From Candidatus Woesearchaeota archaeon (GTDB lineage Archaea > Nanobdellota > Nanobdellia > Woesearchaeales > JABGUJ01): 64,000 nt of DNA. The stretch is taken from NCBI GenBank assembly GCA_018646625.1, contig JABGUJ010000001.1, positions 5,534 through 69,533 on the forward strand. The letters are read 5' to 3'. Every line of letters begins with the position of its first letter. Position 1 is the stretch's first letter. Of this stretch, positions 18,339 through 27,622 are shown one piece after another. Both the position numbers and the translations under genes were made by a program. The notes beneath the pieces are model-generated. The model was given only the letters and a program-made list of their open reading frames with translations. It ran no database searches and had not been told where the DNA came from.

Positions 18339-20167
18339 ATAAGATCCATAACATCTATTGGTTTCTGAATGATTTCCGCATCATAAAGAAAATCAGCCAA
18401 TTCAACATACTTATCATGTTGCGCATCTTCAATAGGATATTGTTCCATCAAAGGCACAGCAAAGGCCACATCTCTAGACAAACCCATATATTTAATCAAA
18501 ATCTCTCTCGCCTCGTCCGGATTCTCATCAATAAAATCCTGCGCATAAACAATAGCCCCCTTAAATCTTTTAGCAACATCTTCTTTATTCTCAATAAACT
18601 TAGTAGACATCGCACCACAACCAATATATGCCGGTTGTACCGCATCAGCAAATATGTTCCAAGAAATTGCTTTTACATTGCCTTGCAACAAAGCCACAGT
18701 CACAGTTGGTTGATAACCAAACAAAGCATCAATAGCTCCAGAGTTTAATGCATTCAATTGTTGAGAAGGTACTAACTTAATTAACTCAACAGACTCAGGA
18801 TCTACTCCCCTCTTACTCAAAAAAGTTTCAAAAAACAACGAAGCCGTTGAACCAGGAAATACTCCCACCTTCTTACCTACTAAATCATTCATCTCATTAA
18901 TGCCAGAATTATTCAAAGTCAACAACGCAGAAAAATTCGCAGTACCTGATTGTTCAGTCGAAGTATATATCATCAAATTACCAGGATTTAATGCCTCTAT
19001 AGCCAAAACCGGGACAACAGAAAATTCCACCACCGCATCAATACTATCTTGGACCAATGCTTCAGCCAATAAATTAGAACTCTCAATTAATTGATCTTCC
19101 ACTTGCAAACCATTCATCTCAAAGAAACCTTTCTCCTCAGCAACAAAAAGTGGCAAAGTAGGAACAATTTTTACATAGCCCACTCTAACCTTATCAAGTT
19201 TTTTTCTAGGTAATAACAGACTATTCGCGTCTATTTTTTTTTCAATAATACCAGAATTATAAAAGAAGTCTATATTATTCTGCAACACAAAAGGATCAAT
19301 ATTCTCTGCTTGATACAACAACGGTAATTTATCAACAACATCTTTCGCCAAGCCTATGTTATTTGAAAGAATACCCCTAGCAGAATCAGGATTATTAACT
19401 AAATAATCACTAGCTTCCATCATTGCTTTCTTCAGCCTAAGTACAACATCAGGATTCATTTCATAAAACCTAGTGGATATTGCATTAACCCCAATATAAG
19501 AAGACTCAACCGCATAAGAATACACATTTTCTTCTAATACTCGAACATCATAATTATGTATCAACATTGTTTTAAGAGGATCATAAGCCAGCAAGGCATC
19601 AATCGCTCCAGAAAGAAATGCTTCCATATGCAAACTTCCTTGCATCCGTACAAAATCGATAGAACTTACATCAACCCCTTCAGACGATAGTAAATGAGCA
19701 AGAATATTGGTTGCAGTAGTACCTGGATAAACTCCAATCTGTTTACCTTCAAGATCAGATAATGATCTGATCACAGAATCATTCTTAACCACCAATGCAG
19801 TAAATCCATGCTCCCTAGTCATTGGCCTAGCAAACAACAATTTAACCATACCAGGAGAAGATGATTCACTCATCAATATTGGAATAACTGATAGTGCAGA
19901 TGCAAAATCAATCTCATCAGTAAGCAAAGAATCAAGAGCCATATTAGAACTTCCTAATAAAACAGGTTCAACCTTAAGATTATATTTTTCAAAGAAACCC
20001 AAATCTTTTGCAACAAAATAAGTTAAACTGGGAGCAATATTTTGATACCCTATTCGAACTACATCATAATCTTGCTTTTCGCTCATTACAACATTTGCAT
20101 TAGTACCACAACCCAAAAATGAGCAGGTAATCAAAACTAAAAGTATCATACATAGTATCTTATCCAT
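18323..20167 (-). CDS. Paralogous lipoprotein with two tandem NMT1/SsuA-like solute-binding domains
   Basis: Lipobox FLGCGTNA; repeats VVRIGYQNIAPSLTYFVAKDLGFFEKYNL and VRVGYVKIVPTLPLFVAEEKGFFEMNGL; identical length (614 aa) to neighbour. Confidence 0.7.
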   Translation of the reverse strand: MDKILCMILLVLITCSFLGCGTNANVVMSEKQDYDVVRIGYQNIAPSLTYFVAKDLGFFEKYNLKVEPVLLGSSNMALDSLLTDEIDFASALSVIPILMSESSSPGMVKLLFARPMTREHGFTALVVKNDSVIRSLSDLEGKQIGVYPGTTATNILAHLLSSEGVDVSSIDFVRMQGSLHMEAFLSGAIDALLAYDPLKTMLIHNYDVRVLEENVYSYAVESSYIGVNAISTRFYEMNPDVVLRLKKAMMEASDYLVNNPDSARGILSNNIGLAKDVVDKLPLLYQAENIDPFVLQNNIDFFYNSGIIEKKIDANSLLLPRKKLDKVRVGYVKIVPTLPLFVAEEKGFFEMNGLQVEDQLIESSNLLAEALVQDSIDAVVEFSVVPVLAIEALNPGNLMIYTSTEQSGTANFSALLTLNNSGINEMNDLVGKKVGVFPGSTASLFFETFLSKRGVDPESVELIKLVPSQQLNALNSGAIDALFGYQPTVTVALLQGNVKAISWNIFADAVQPAYIGCGAMSTKFIENKEDVAKRFKGAIVYAQDFIDENPDEAREILIKYMGLSRDVAFAVPLMEQYPIEDAQHDKYVELADFLYDAEIIQKPIDVMDLMWGVE

Positions 20168-20217
20168 CTTGACCTCCAGAACACCCCTACAACTCTAAAG
20201 AGACAGAAAGCGAATTA

Positions 20218-20266
20218 TATAACTTTAATCCTTATAAGTTATAACTTTCTATCAATATATAACTTT
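20218..20266. repeat. Three direct copies of TATAACTTT (20218, 20240, 20258) in the divergent promoter between the SBP gene and the AbrB-PhoU regulator
   Basis: Read directly from the sequence. Confidence 0.35.
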
Positions 20267-20307
20267 TTTAGAAACACTTAAATAAAAGCGCGAACTACCA
20301 TAATTCG

Positions 20308-21246
20308 ATGAGAAGGAAAGTTATACAGCAAAATCCCACCACATTAGTAGTCTCATTACCAGCAAAATGGGCAAAAGCAAACGAAGTAACAAAAGGCGAT
20401 GAGTTGGACATTTCGGAACAAGAAGATAAACTAATTGTAAGCATAGCAGATCAATCAAAAAGAAAAGAAAGGACCGTCACATTAAATTTTAATAAAAAAC
20501 ATTGGGAAATCCCAAATAAAAAATATAAATATGTTCAAAGAATTCTTGCAGCACCATACAAAGCAGGATATGATGAAATCATAATAAGATCCGATTGCAA
20601 AGAAGTTTTAGAATACATCGAAAAAAGAGTTGAAACGTTCATAGGAATAGAAATAATTGACCAAGGAAGAGATTATTTCAAAATAAAAAACCTGGTTTCA
20701 GGGTTAGATGAAGAGTTTGATAATGTCTTTAGAAGAACATTACTAATAACAAATCGATTTGCCACAGAATCATTGGAAATAATAAAATCAAAAGAATATG
20801 ATGATCTAAAAAATCTTCTAAGACTAGAAAAAACCCATAACAAGATAACTGATTTCTGTAAAAGACTATTGGCAGCAAAAGACTACGATTCACCAAAGAA
20901 AACAAGATACCTTTATGCACTCATTGCAGAGAATGAAAGACTTGTCGACGAGTATAAAGACATCTGCAAATACATATTGAATAGTAAAAATCCAGAAATC
21001 AGCAAGGAAATTGTTACACTTCTAGAAGATACAAACAAATTAGTAGTACAATACTCAAATTCATTCTTTAAATTTGATCTCGAAAGCATCCACACATTAA
21101 CAAAAGGCTTTTGTAAAGAAGAAGAAACTGCGCTGCAATTATTCGATAAACCATCAACAAAAGATAAGAGAATAGTACATCACATTTTAAACATATTAAC
21201 AAAGACATACGAAATGGGCGAAGCCTTTCTAGAAATGAATATCTAA
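20308..21246 (+). CDS. AbrB/SpoVT-domain plus PhoU-like domain protein (putative regulator)
   Basis: N-terminal swapped-hairpin motif TTLVVSLPAKWAKANEVTKGDELDI; C-terminal helical PhoU-like repeats. Confidence 0.5.
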   Translation: MRRKVIQQNPTTLVVSLPAKWAKANEVTKGDELDISEQEDKLIVSIADQSKRKERTVTLNFNKKHWEIPNKKYKYVQRILAAPYKAGYDEIIIRSDCKEVLEYIEKRVETFIGIEIIDQGRDYFKIKNLVSGLDEEFDNVFRRTLLITNRFATESLEIIKSKEYDDLKNLLRLEKTHNKITDFCKRLLAAKDYDSPKKTRYLYALIAENERLVDEYKDICKYILNSKNPEISKEIVTLLEDTNKLVVQYSNSFFKFDLESIHTLTKGFCKEEETALQLFDKPSTKDKRIVHHILNILTKTYEMGEAFLEMNI

Positions 21247-23399
21247 GCACATCTTAGTAAATCCGATACTTCAGACCCAACAGAACAAAGTGCCTTATCT
21301 TCTCTAAATTTATGTGCAACTCGTTCTAACAAACCCTCTGGCGCATCAACATAATCACCAGAAAGATGAGCTGCCAGAACAGATCTCGACACGCCAGCAC
21401 CTTCAACAACACCCGCAACATACTCAGCACCTTCTCTGATTCGCGCATAAAACTCTCTGCTAATTAAACCTGTTAATTGCCTTTGAGTTGCTTCGTAGTT
21501 CTCGACGTTTGAATTAAACCTTTCAAGAACATCAAACACTTTTTGCTTAACTGCCAAAACCTCATCAAGAGATGCCTCAGGCCCAAGAACAGCATAATTT
21601 ACGACAATGTCTTCCGCAATCGACATCCTTTCAGCCGTAGAATAAAACCGTTCTTTAGGCGCGGGCAATGAATATAAAATATTTGTACTTTCAACTCTAT
21701 GAGGAGTAAACAAACCCTCAACATCTTGAGTTTTCAAATCAATACCATAGTGAACCCCTAATTCAATATCTTTATTATGCCAAAAAACTCTATCCATCCA
21801 ACCAGTATTCTCAGCATACATTTCATCAAAAGCATCTTTAATCTTAATCGATAATCCCTTTGCACGATCCGAAGAAGTATTCCCTCTAGAATCTAAGAAG
21901 GCTCTAAACTCAATTTCAACACCAAACTCCGCAAACAACTCTTCAACTTCCCGCTTAGTATCTCCACCTTTTACCCAATCATCATAAACATAAACCTTCT
22001 CTCCAGGCTTGACATCACCAAACCTAGATCTAAAAGCATCTAACTGGAGCTGCTTCGCATTAGAATTCAACATAGAATAAATCCAAAAATGTCTTTCCTC
22101 CATCACATCTAAAACAGGAGCTAGCTCATCTCTCGCAACACGCATCTTCTCTTCATCACCGCTCTGCCTATACTGTTTCTCTTTTTTTCGTAAAGCAGAA
22201 ATATCTCCTAATGCTTTCCGAACAGCACCAACATCACCAGAATAACTATCTGCAAAATCATCAGTTCTAACATAAGCTTCAGTCACTTTTTTTGCAGAAG
22301 TAAATTTAAAATAATCCACACTTGCATCTAACTTAACATCTAAAGTCGCAGACATTGCTTGCATCATCTTACCAATAGGTCTTGCACCTCTATCTGCAAT
22401 GAAAACCCTATCAACACCATTCTGAATTATATCTTCCAAATGCGGAAGAACAGCAAAAGCAAGACGACGAGCATCAATGTAATGCTCTCGTTGTTGTTGT
22501 CTCTTTTGTTGAGTCGGCGCAGCCACCACAGATCTAACATTTCTTGAATAGTCGCCCAAAGTATGATAGACAAAACCAATAGGAAGACCATTCTTCTCAG
22601 AAAAATCTCGCACTAAATCTAAATCATCACTAATACGATCAAGATTATCTTGCAATCCACATAAATGTTCAGCAGGAGTACCAACCACCGTACTGTAATT
22701 ACCATCATCAGTACAATCTTCGAATTGATCAATCAAACCTTCAACATTATCACGCACTGCAACCATAAAAGCAGGAGAACCATAATCAGTAAGAAATTTA
22801 CGATCTCTATCATCAAGAAAGTTATCATACAAATCCCAGAACTCAGGTTCCACAGGAGTAAAAGAAGAAGCAGTTTGTCTTATCAGATCAGAAAAATTCT
22901 CATCAGGATCCCGAACATAACATTCTGCCAATTGTACAAAAAAAGCAGTCCGATTATAATCCATGTTGTAAAGCAAAATATCATGCACAATACCACTAGC
23001 ATTAGTAACTTCTTTTCCAGCAAGAATCTCTTCCATAGAATCACTCAAACCATAACGTCGCAAATGATCTTTATAATCAGAAGAATTACCACCACAAACA
23101 CAGTGACCACTTAAGTCATCACAACCAACATAATTATCCTCTTTAATATTCTCTTGGTCATCTGCAAAGAAGTTACCGAAAAAATAAGCAGTCGTACAAT
23201 GATCACCATCACGCTGAGCATAAACATTAGCAAGCTTTTGAAGAACTTCTATTTTATCAAGTGGAGATTCCTGAGAAATATTACGCCTCATCTCCCAGCC
23301 TGAACTGACAGGAGCACTAGGATTACATCCAAACAACATACTAGCAAGTACAGCAGTGCTAATAACTCTACCAAATCGACTGAAAGGATTTAAAGCCAT
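21243..23399 (-). CDS. Large secreted lipoprotein of unknown function (718 aa), Asp/Arg-rich
   Basis: Signal peptide with lipobox SMLFGCNPS; composition unlike the Lys-rich housekeeping proteins. Confidence 0.5.
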   Translation of the reverse strand: MALNPFSRFGRVISTAVLASMLFGCNPSAPVSSGWEMRRNISQESPLDKIEVLQKLANVYAQRDGDHCTTAYFFGNFFADDQENIKEDNYVGCDDLSGHCVCGGNSSDYKDHLRRYGLSDSMEEILAGKEVTNASGIVHDILLYNMDYNRTAFFVQLAECYVRDPDENFSDLIRQTASSFTPVEPEFWDLYDNFLDDRDRKFLTDYGSPAFMVAVRDNVEGLIDQFEDCTDDGNYSTVVGTPAEHLCGLQDNLDRISDDLDLVRDFSEKNGLPIGFVYHTLGDYSRNVRSVVAAPTQQKRQQQREHYIDARRLAFAVLPHLEDIIQNGVDRVFIADRGARPIGKMMQAMSATLDVKLDASVDYFKFTSAKKVTEAYVRTDDFADSYSGDVGAVRKALGDISALRKKEKQYRQSGDEEKMRVARDELAPVLDVMEERHFWIYSMLNSNAKQLQLDAFRSRFGDVKPGEKVYVYDDWVKGGDTKREVEELFAEFGVEIEFRAFLDSRGNTSSDRAKGLSIKIKDAFDEMYAENTGWMDRVFWHNKDIELGVHYGIDLKTQDVEGLFTPHRVESTNILYSLPAPKERFYSTAERMSIAEDIVVNYAVLGPEASLDEVLAVKQKVFDVLERFNSNVENYEATQRQLTGLISREFYARIREGAEYVAGVVEGAGVSRSVLAAHLSGDYVDAPEGLLERVAHKFREDKALCSVGSEVSDLLRCA

Positions 23400-23641
23400 T
23401 TTTTTGCGGAATAGCTAAATAGAGAGGTTCTGCGCTTTATAAAGATTTCGCAAAGACACCACTTAAGAGGGACAACGAGTTTAATTTCCATATTGAAAAT
23501 AAACACCAAATACAAAATAGAACATTATATAAAGAGTAAATTAAAGGAATAGCAGAAACAGTCACTGTATCGAGTGTAAAAACAAGACACAGTGAAAAAA
23601 CATAAAAACTAAGATAAAAAATTTTAGTGGAGTAATAAAAA

Positions 23642-23839
23642 ATGAACGGAAGAGTAAAGTTCTTCAACGAACAAAAAGGATTTGGCTTTATTGAAGCTGA
23701 AGATGGAAAAGACTACTTTGTACACCAAACTGGTATTAACGAAGGCGTTGTAATCAGAGAGAATGATAATGTTTCTTTCGAAGTTGCTGACGGCGATAGA
23801 GGCCTAAAGGCTGTAAACGTTGCTCTAGCAGAAGAATAA
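23642..23839 (+). CDS. csp: Cold-shock protein (CspA family)
   Basis: RNP1/RNP2 motifs KGFGFI and DYFVHQ in a 65-aa protein; about 240-nt untranslated region upstream. Confidence 0.88.
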   Translation: MNGRVKFFNEQKGFGFIEAEDGKDYFVHQTGINEGVVIRENDNVSFEVADGDRGLKAVNVALAEE

Positions 23840-23896
23840 TTTTTACAAAAGACAAAAAAGGTCTAGGAAACTAGACCACTAAAGTCTTTGTCAAGA

Positions 23897-25033
23897 TTAA
23901 ACAAAAACAAATTTTTCTTTTTCTACCATTTTTATTGCAAGAGGCTTAGACACATCTCCAAATTCATCGAACGTAGTCAATCCTCCGACACCCCTATAGT
24001 CAGTAACACCATATAACTCATCTCTAATACAGATAGAGTCTTGGCCACAAACTTCTAGAGCTAAAGCAATAATCATAACAGCATCATAGCTATCTGCTGC
24101 AGTTCTCTCAGGCAAATCACCATAACGAGTAACAAAGTCATCAACAAAATCACCAATGATCATATCATCACTCTCAGGATCGAATGCAGGTGCAGTGTAA
24201 AGTATACCATCAGCCGCTTCACCAGCCACATCAAGTAAATCTTGACTTTCAATAATCACAGGCGCTAAGATTTGTGATTCAATACCCAATTCTTTTGCTT
24301 GTTTAACAGCCAACTCAAGTGACAAACCAGCAAAATAAACAACATCCGAATCGGATGACTTAATCTTAATCAACTGTGTTCTAAAATCATTAACAGATTT
24401 ATCATAAGACTCCTGCACAATAACCTCACCACCCAGTTCCCTAAATCTTGTAACAAACGCATCATTGTAATCTACACCATTAGCTAAATTCAAAAACAAC
24501 GTCGACGCAGTCCTCGCACCCAACACATCATAAGCATACTCAGCCATATACTTTCCATGTACATCTCCACTTATACTGTTCCTGAAAACAAAATCTCCTG
24601 CATCACGAATTCTAGGAGCAGATGCAACCGTAGAAAAAACAACAGTTTGCGAGATCTCAGCAACTGGAGCTACAGCCATAACGTTTGATGAACTTGTAGG
24701 ACCAATAACAACAGAAACTTTGTCATTATCAATTAATTTTCTAAGTGCCAACAAAGCCCTAGTCTTATCAAACATACTATCCTCATACACAACTTCTAAT
24801 CTTTTACCGCTAATGCCGCCTTTAGAATTAATTTCTTCAACAGCTAAATCAACACCTTTTCTAACATTCTCTGCATGCCATGCCGCCTTCCCAGTAAAAG
24901 GTTGAACCGCACCGATCTTGATAACATCATCTTCAACAACTTGAGCAGTAATTTGACTTGAACCGCAACCACCCAAAATAATGATCATAAATAAAGCTAA
25001 AGCTATCTTAAATTTCATTTGTAGTACCTCCAA
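23897..25033 (-). CDS. LivJ-like (Peripla_BP_6) solute-binding lipoprotein, orphan (cassette 1)
   Basis: Lipobox ILGGCGSS; N-terminal IKIGAVQPFTGKAAWHAENVRKGVDLAVEEINSKGGISGKRLEVVYEDS typical of the Leu/Ile/Val-binding family. Confidence 0.75.
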   Translation of the reverse strand: MEVLQMKFKIALALFMIIILGGCGSSQITAQVVEDDVIKIGAVQPFTGKAAWHAENVRKGVDLAVEEINSKGGISGKRLEVVYEDSMFDKTRALLALRKLIDNDKVSVVIGPTSSSNVMAVAPVAEISQTVVFSTVASAPRIRDAGDFVFRNSISGDVHGKYMAEYAYDVLGARTASTLFLNLANGVDYNDAFVTRFRELGGEVIVQESYDKSVNDFRTQLIKIKSSDSDVVYFAGLSLELAVKQAKELGIESQILAPVIIESQDLLDVAGEAADGILYTAPAFDPESDDMIIGDFVDDFVTRYGDLPERTAADSYDAVMIIALALEVCGQDSICIRDELYGVTDYRGVGGLTTFDEFGDVSKPLAIKMVEKEKFVFV

Positions 25034-25139
25034 CAGAATGCCTAAACCCTAATAATCAAAGAGTAAAGAAACTATATAAGAATTTGTCGTAAATAAAATA
25101 TGACAACATTTAAATATCTCATAGAATACACAAATACCA

Positions 25140-25838
25140 ATGAAAGAAGCGCTAAGAGAGTATGGGCTTTCAGACAACGAAGCAAACGTATATCTAGCAG
25201 TTCTAAAGTTAGGAGAATCACCCGTAACAGATATAGCCAACAAAGCCAACACTTACAGAACCTTAACGTACGAAGTCCTAAAATCATTAGAAGACAAAGG
25301 TTTAGTCAGCTCAGTAATAAGAGATAAGAAAAAACATTTTATTGTAGCAAGCCCTGAAAAATTATTACAAGGATTAAAAGAAAAAGAAAGAAGAATTCAA
25401 GAAATCATGCCAGACCTATTATCAATTCACAAATCTGTTTCTATTAAACCGACAATGACCGTATATTCAGGTACAGAAGGAATCAAAAATATTTTCCAAG
25501 ACATTCTTAACGTTGGAGAGGATTTCATAGCCATTGCATCAGTTGAACAAGTCAGATCAAAAATTGATTTTATGTTTAAACACTTCATATTAAAAAGAGT
25601 TGAACTGAAAATGAAGGCTAAACTAATTATTGACAAAGAACCACTAACAAAAGAACTCACAGAGTACAAAGTAATGGATTTTAGTGTACCAACCCTTCTA
25701 TATGTATACGCAAATAAAGTTGCAGTAATAAATGTTGGAACTGAATTAGTAGGAATGATAATTGAAAGTGAGGATTACGCTAAAACACAAAAAATGATGT
25801 TTGATTGGATGTGGAACACAGCTAAGAGTAAGCCATAG
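25140..25838 (+). CDS. TrmB-family HTH transcriptional regulator, short form (cassette 1)
   Basis: N-terminal LREYGLSDNEANVYLAVLKLGESPVTDIANKANTYRTLTYEVLKSLEDKGLVSS matches the TrmB HTH. Confidence 0.7.
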   Translation: MKEALREYGLSDNEANVYLAVLKLGESPVTDIANKANTYRTLTYEVLKSLEDKGLVSSVIRDKKKHFIVASPEKLLQGLKEKERRIQEIMPDLLSIHKSVSIKPTMTVYSGTEGIKNIFQDILNVGEDFIAIASVEQVRSKIDFMFKHFILKRVELKMKAKLIIDKEPLTKELTEYKVMDFSVPTLLYVYANKVAVINVGTELVGMIIESEDYAKTQKMMFDWMWNTAKSKP

Positions 25839-26952
25839 GAATACTATTTCTAATAACTTTAGGAGCTAAAACTTTACCAAAACCGCCAGTAACAGAATCA
25901 TAGTCTAAAACACCAGACGCACCTTGATAATTTCTCAACATTGCAACATACGCGCCTAAACAATCACTATTGAACTTAGAATTTTCACATTTGACTAATG
26001 CATTCTTCAATATCATCAATGCATCATAGCTATCTCTATTAACAATACCACTACTACGATTATAACGAGACATAAACTCAGACTCAAACCCTTTATCAAC
26101 AATACCAGAATAAACATACAATACCCCTTCATCAGCACCAGCCGCACCTTGAATCTCGTACGGTTCCTCGACAGCCATATCAGACAACAAAGTTAAATTC
26201 AAACCCAACTCCCTCATCTGATTAAATATTAATCCGCCCCTACCATAAAGAACAAGTATTGCATCAGCACCAGATTCAGAAATCTTAGCTAACCGAGTTC
26301 TAAAATCAGAATCCGAATAATCATAACTTTCAACAACTGTCAACTCACCACCTAAATTCCTCAACGTACTACCAAAAGCCCCAATATAAGCTTGCGCCCA
26401 ATCATTGTCAATGTGAATCACACCCACTTTTCGAACACCAGACTCAAAAGCAACTTTAGCCAATTCTTCACCTTCGCGACCTATCAAAAATCTCGTACTA
26501 AAATAATATTTAGTCAACTTACCAAAATTATCCCCAGGAGTAATTAGAAAAACTTTTTTCTCATCCACCAAATTTGCCGCAGCTTTAACAGAAGAACCAC
26601 AAAATGGACCCAACAAAGCAACAACATCATCCATCTCAACTAATTTATGAACGGCATTAACAGTATTCTGAGGTCTACAACCATCATCTTCGTAAACCAA
26701 CTCAATTAATCTACCATTAACACCACCTAAAGAATTAATTTCTTCGAGAGCCATTTCAAATCCGTCCCGCATACGTTCACCATAAAACGCAATCGGACCT
26801 GCAAAAGGACCTACCACTCCAACCTTAATCGGCTCTAGCTCCACACTCTCCTCTACAACATTATTAGAACAACCTACAACAAACAAAAGCAACAAAATCA
26901 TAAAAAATGCTAGTCTCATAGTATATTCATTAACAGAAGCATATTTAAACAT
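25822..26952 (-). CDS. LivJ-like solute-binding lipoprotein, orphan (extra copy)
   Basis: Lipobox VVGCSNN; IKVGVVGPFAGPIAFYGERMRDGFEMALEEINSLGGVNGRLIELVYEDD. Confidence 0.75.
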   Translation of the reverse strand: MFKYASVNEYTMRLAFFMILLLLFVVGCSNNVVEESVELEPIKVGVVGPFAGPIAFYGERMRDGFEMALEEINSLGGVNGRLIELVYEDDGCRPQNTVNAVHKLVEMDDVVALLGPFCGSSVKAAANLVDEKKVFLITPGDNFGKLTKYYFSTRFLIGREGEELAKVAFESGVRKVGVIHIDNDWAQAYIGAFGSTLRNLGGELTVVESYDYSDSDFRTRLAKISESGADAILVLYGRGGLIFNQMRELGLNLTLLSDMAVEEPYEIQGAAGADEGVLYVYSGIVDKGFESEFMSRYNRSSGIVNRDSYDALMILKNALVKCENSKFNSDCLGAYVAMLRNYQGASGVLDYDSVTGGFGKVLAPKVIRNSIPMAYS

Positions 26953-26971
26953 AACTATAAACTAAAACAAA

Positions 26972-27622
26972 ATGACACTTATTGTAGGTATTGACGAAGC
27001 AGGACGTGGACCAGTCATCGGACCATTAGTTATTGCAGGGGTAATGATCAATGAAAAAGACGAACCAAAACTAATCAAATTAGGCGTAAAAGATTCTAAA
27101 CAACTTACGGAAAAAAGAAGAAATGAGTTATTTCAAGAGATTAAAGACTTAGGCGTAGAATATGAAATTCTAATCATACATCCAGAAGAAATTGATGAAA
27201 CTCTAAGAAGTCCATCATCTAACTTAAACTGGTTAGAAGCAGACAAATCTGTAGAAATAATAAAAAAATTAAAACCTGATGGCGTCATATTAGATTGTCC
27301 ATCAACCGTTCCAGAAAAATACAAACAATATGTTGAACAAAAACTCAAAGACAAAACGAACGTGATTGCAGAACATAAAGCAGACGATACATATCCGGTA
27401 GTCAGTGCAGCTTCTATCTTAGCAAAAGTAACAAGAGACGCAGAGATTGAAGCAATAAAAAAGAAATACGGAGACTGCGGATCAGGCTATCCTTCAGATC
27501 CTAAAACTCAAGATTTTCTTAAGAAAAATTTTAAGAAATTTCCTGAAATATTCAGACAAACTTGGGAAAGTTACAAAAATATAATAAGAAAAAAAGAACA
27601 AAAAGGTTTAGGAGATTTTTAA
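26972..27622 (+). CDS. rnhB: Ribonuclease HII
   Basis: IVGIDEAGRGPVIGPLVIAGV catalytic motif and C-terminal SAASILAK motif. Confidence 0.88.
   Translation: MTLIVGIDEAGRGPVIGPLVIAGVMINEKDEPKLIKLGVKDSKQLTEKRRNELFQEIKDLGVEYEILIIHPEEIDETLRSPSSNLNWLEADKSVEIIKKLKPDGVILDCPSTVPEKYKQYVEQKLKDKTNVIAEHKADDTYPVVSAASILAKVTRDAEIEAIKKKYGDCGSGYPSDPKTQDFLKKNFKKFPEIFRQTWESYKNIIRKKEQKGLGDF

Noticed and set aside
23437-23667. 76-aa minus-strand ORF in the csp leader
   Set aside because: It overlaps the csp start and is an AT-rich low-complexity translation; more likely untranslated leader.
25049-25327. Three overlapping small ORFs in the binding-protein/TrmB intergenic region
   Set aside because: They occupy the divergent promoter and the TrmB-like N-terminus in wrong frames; spurious.
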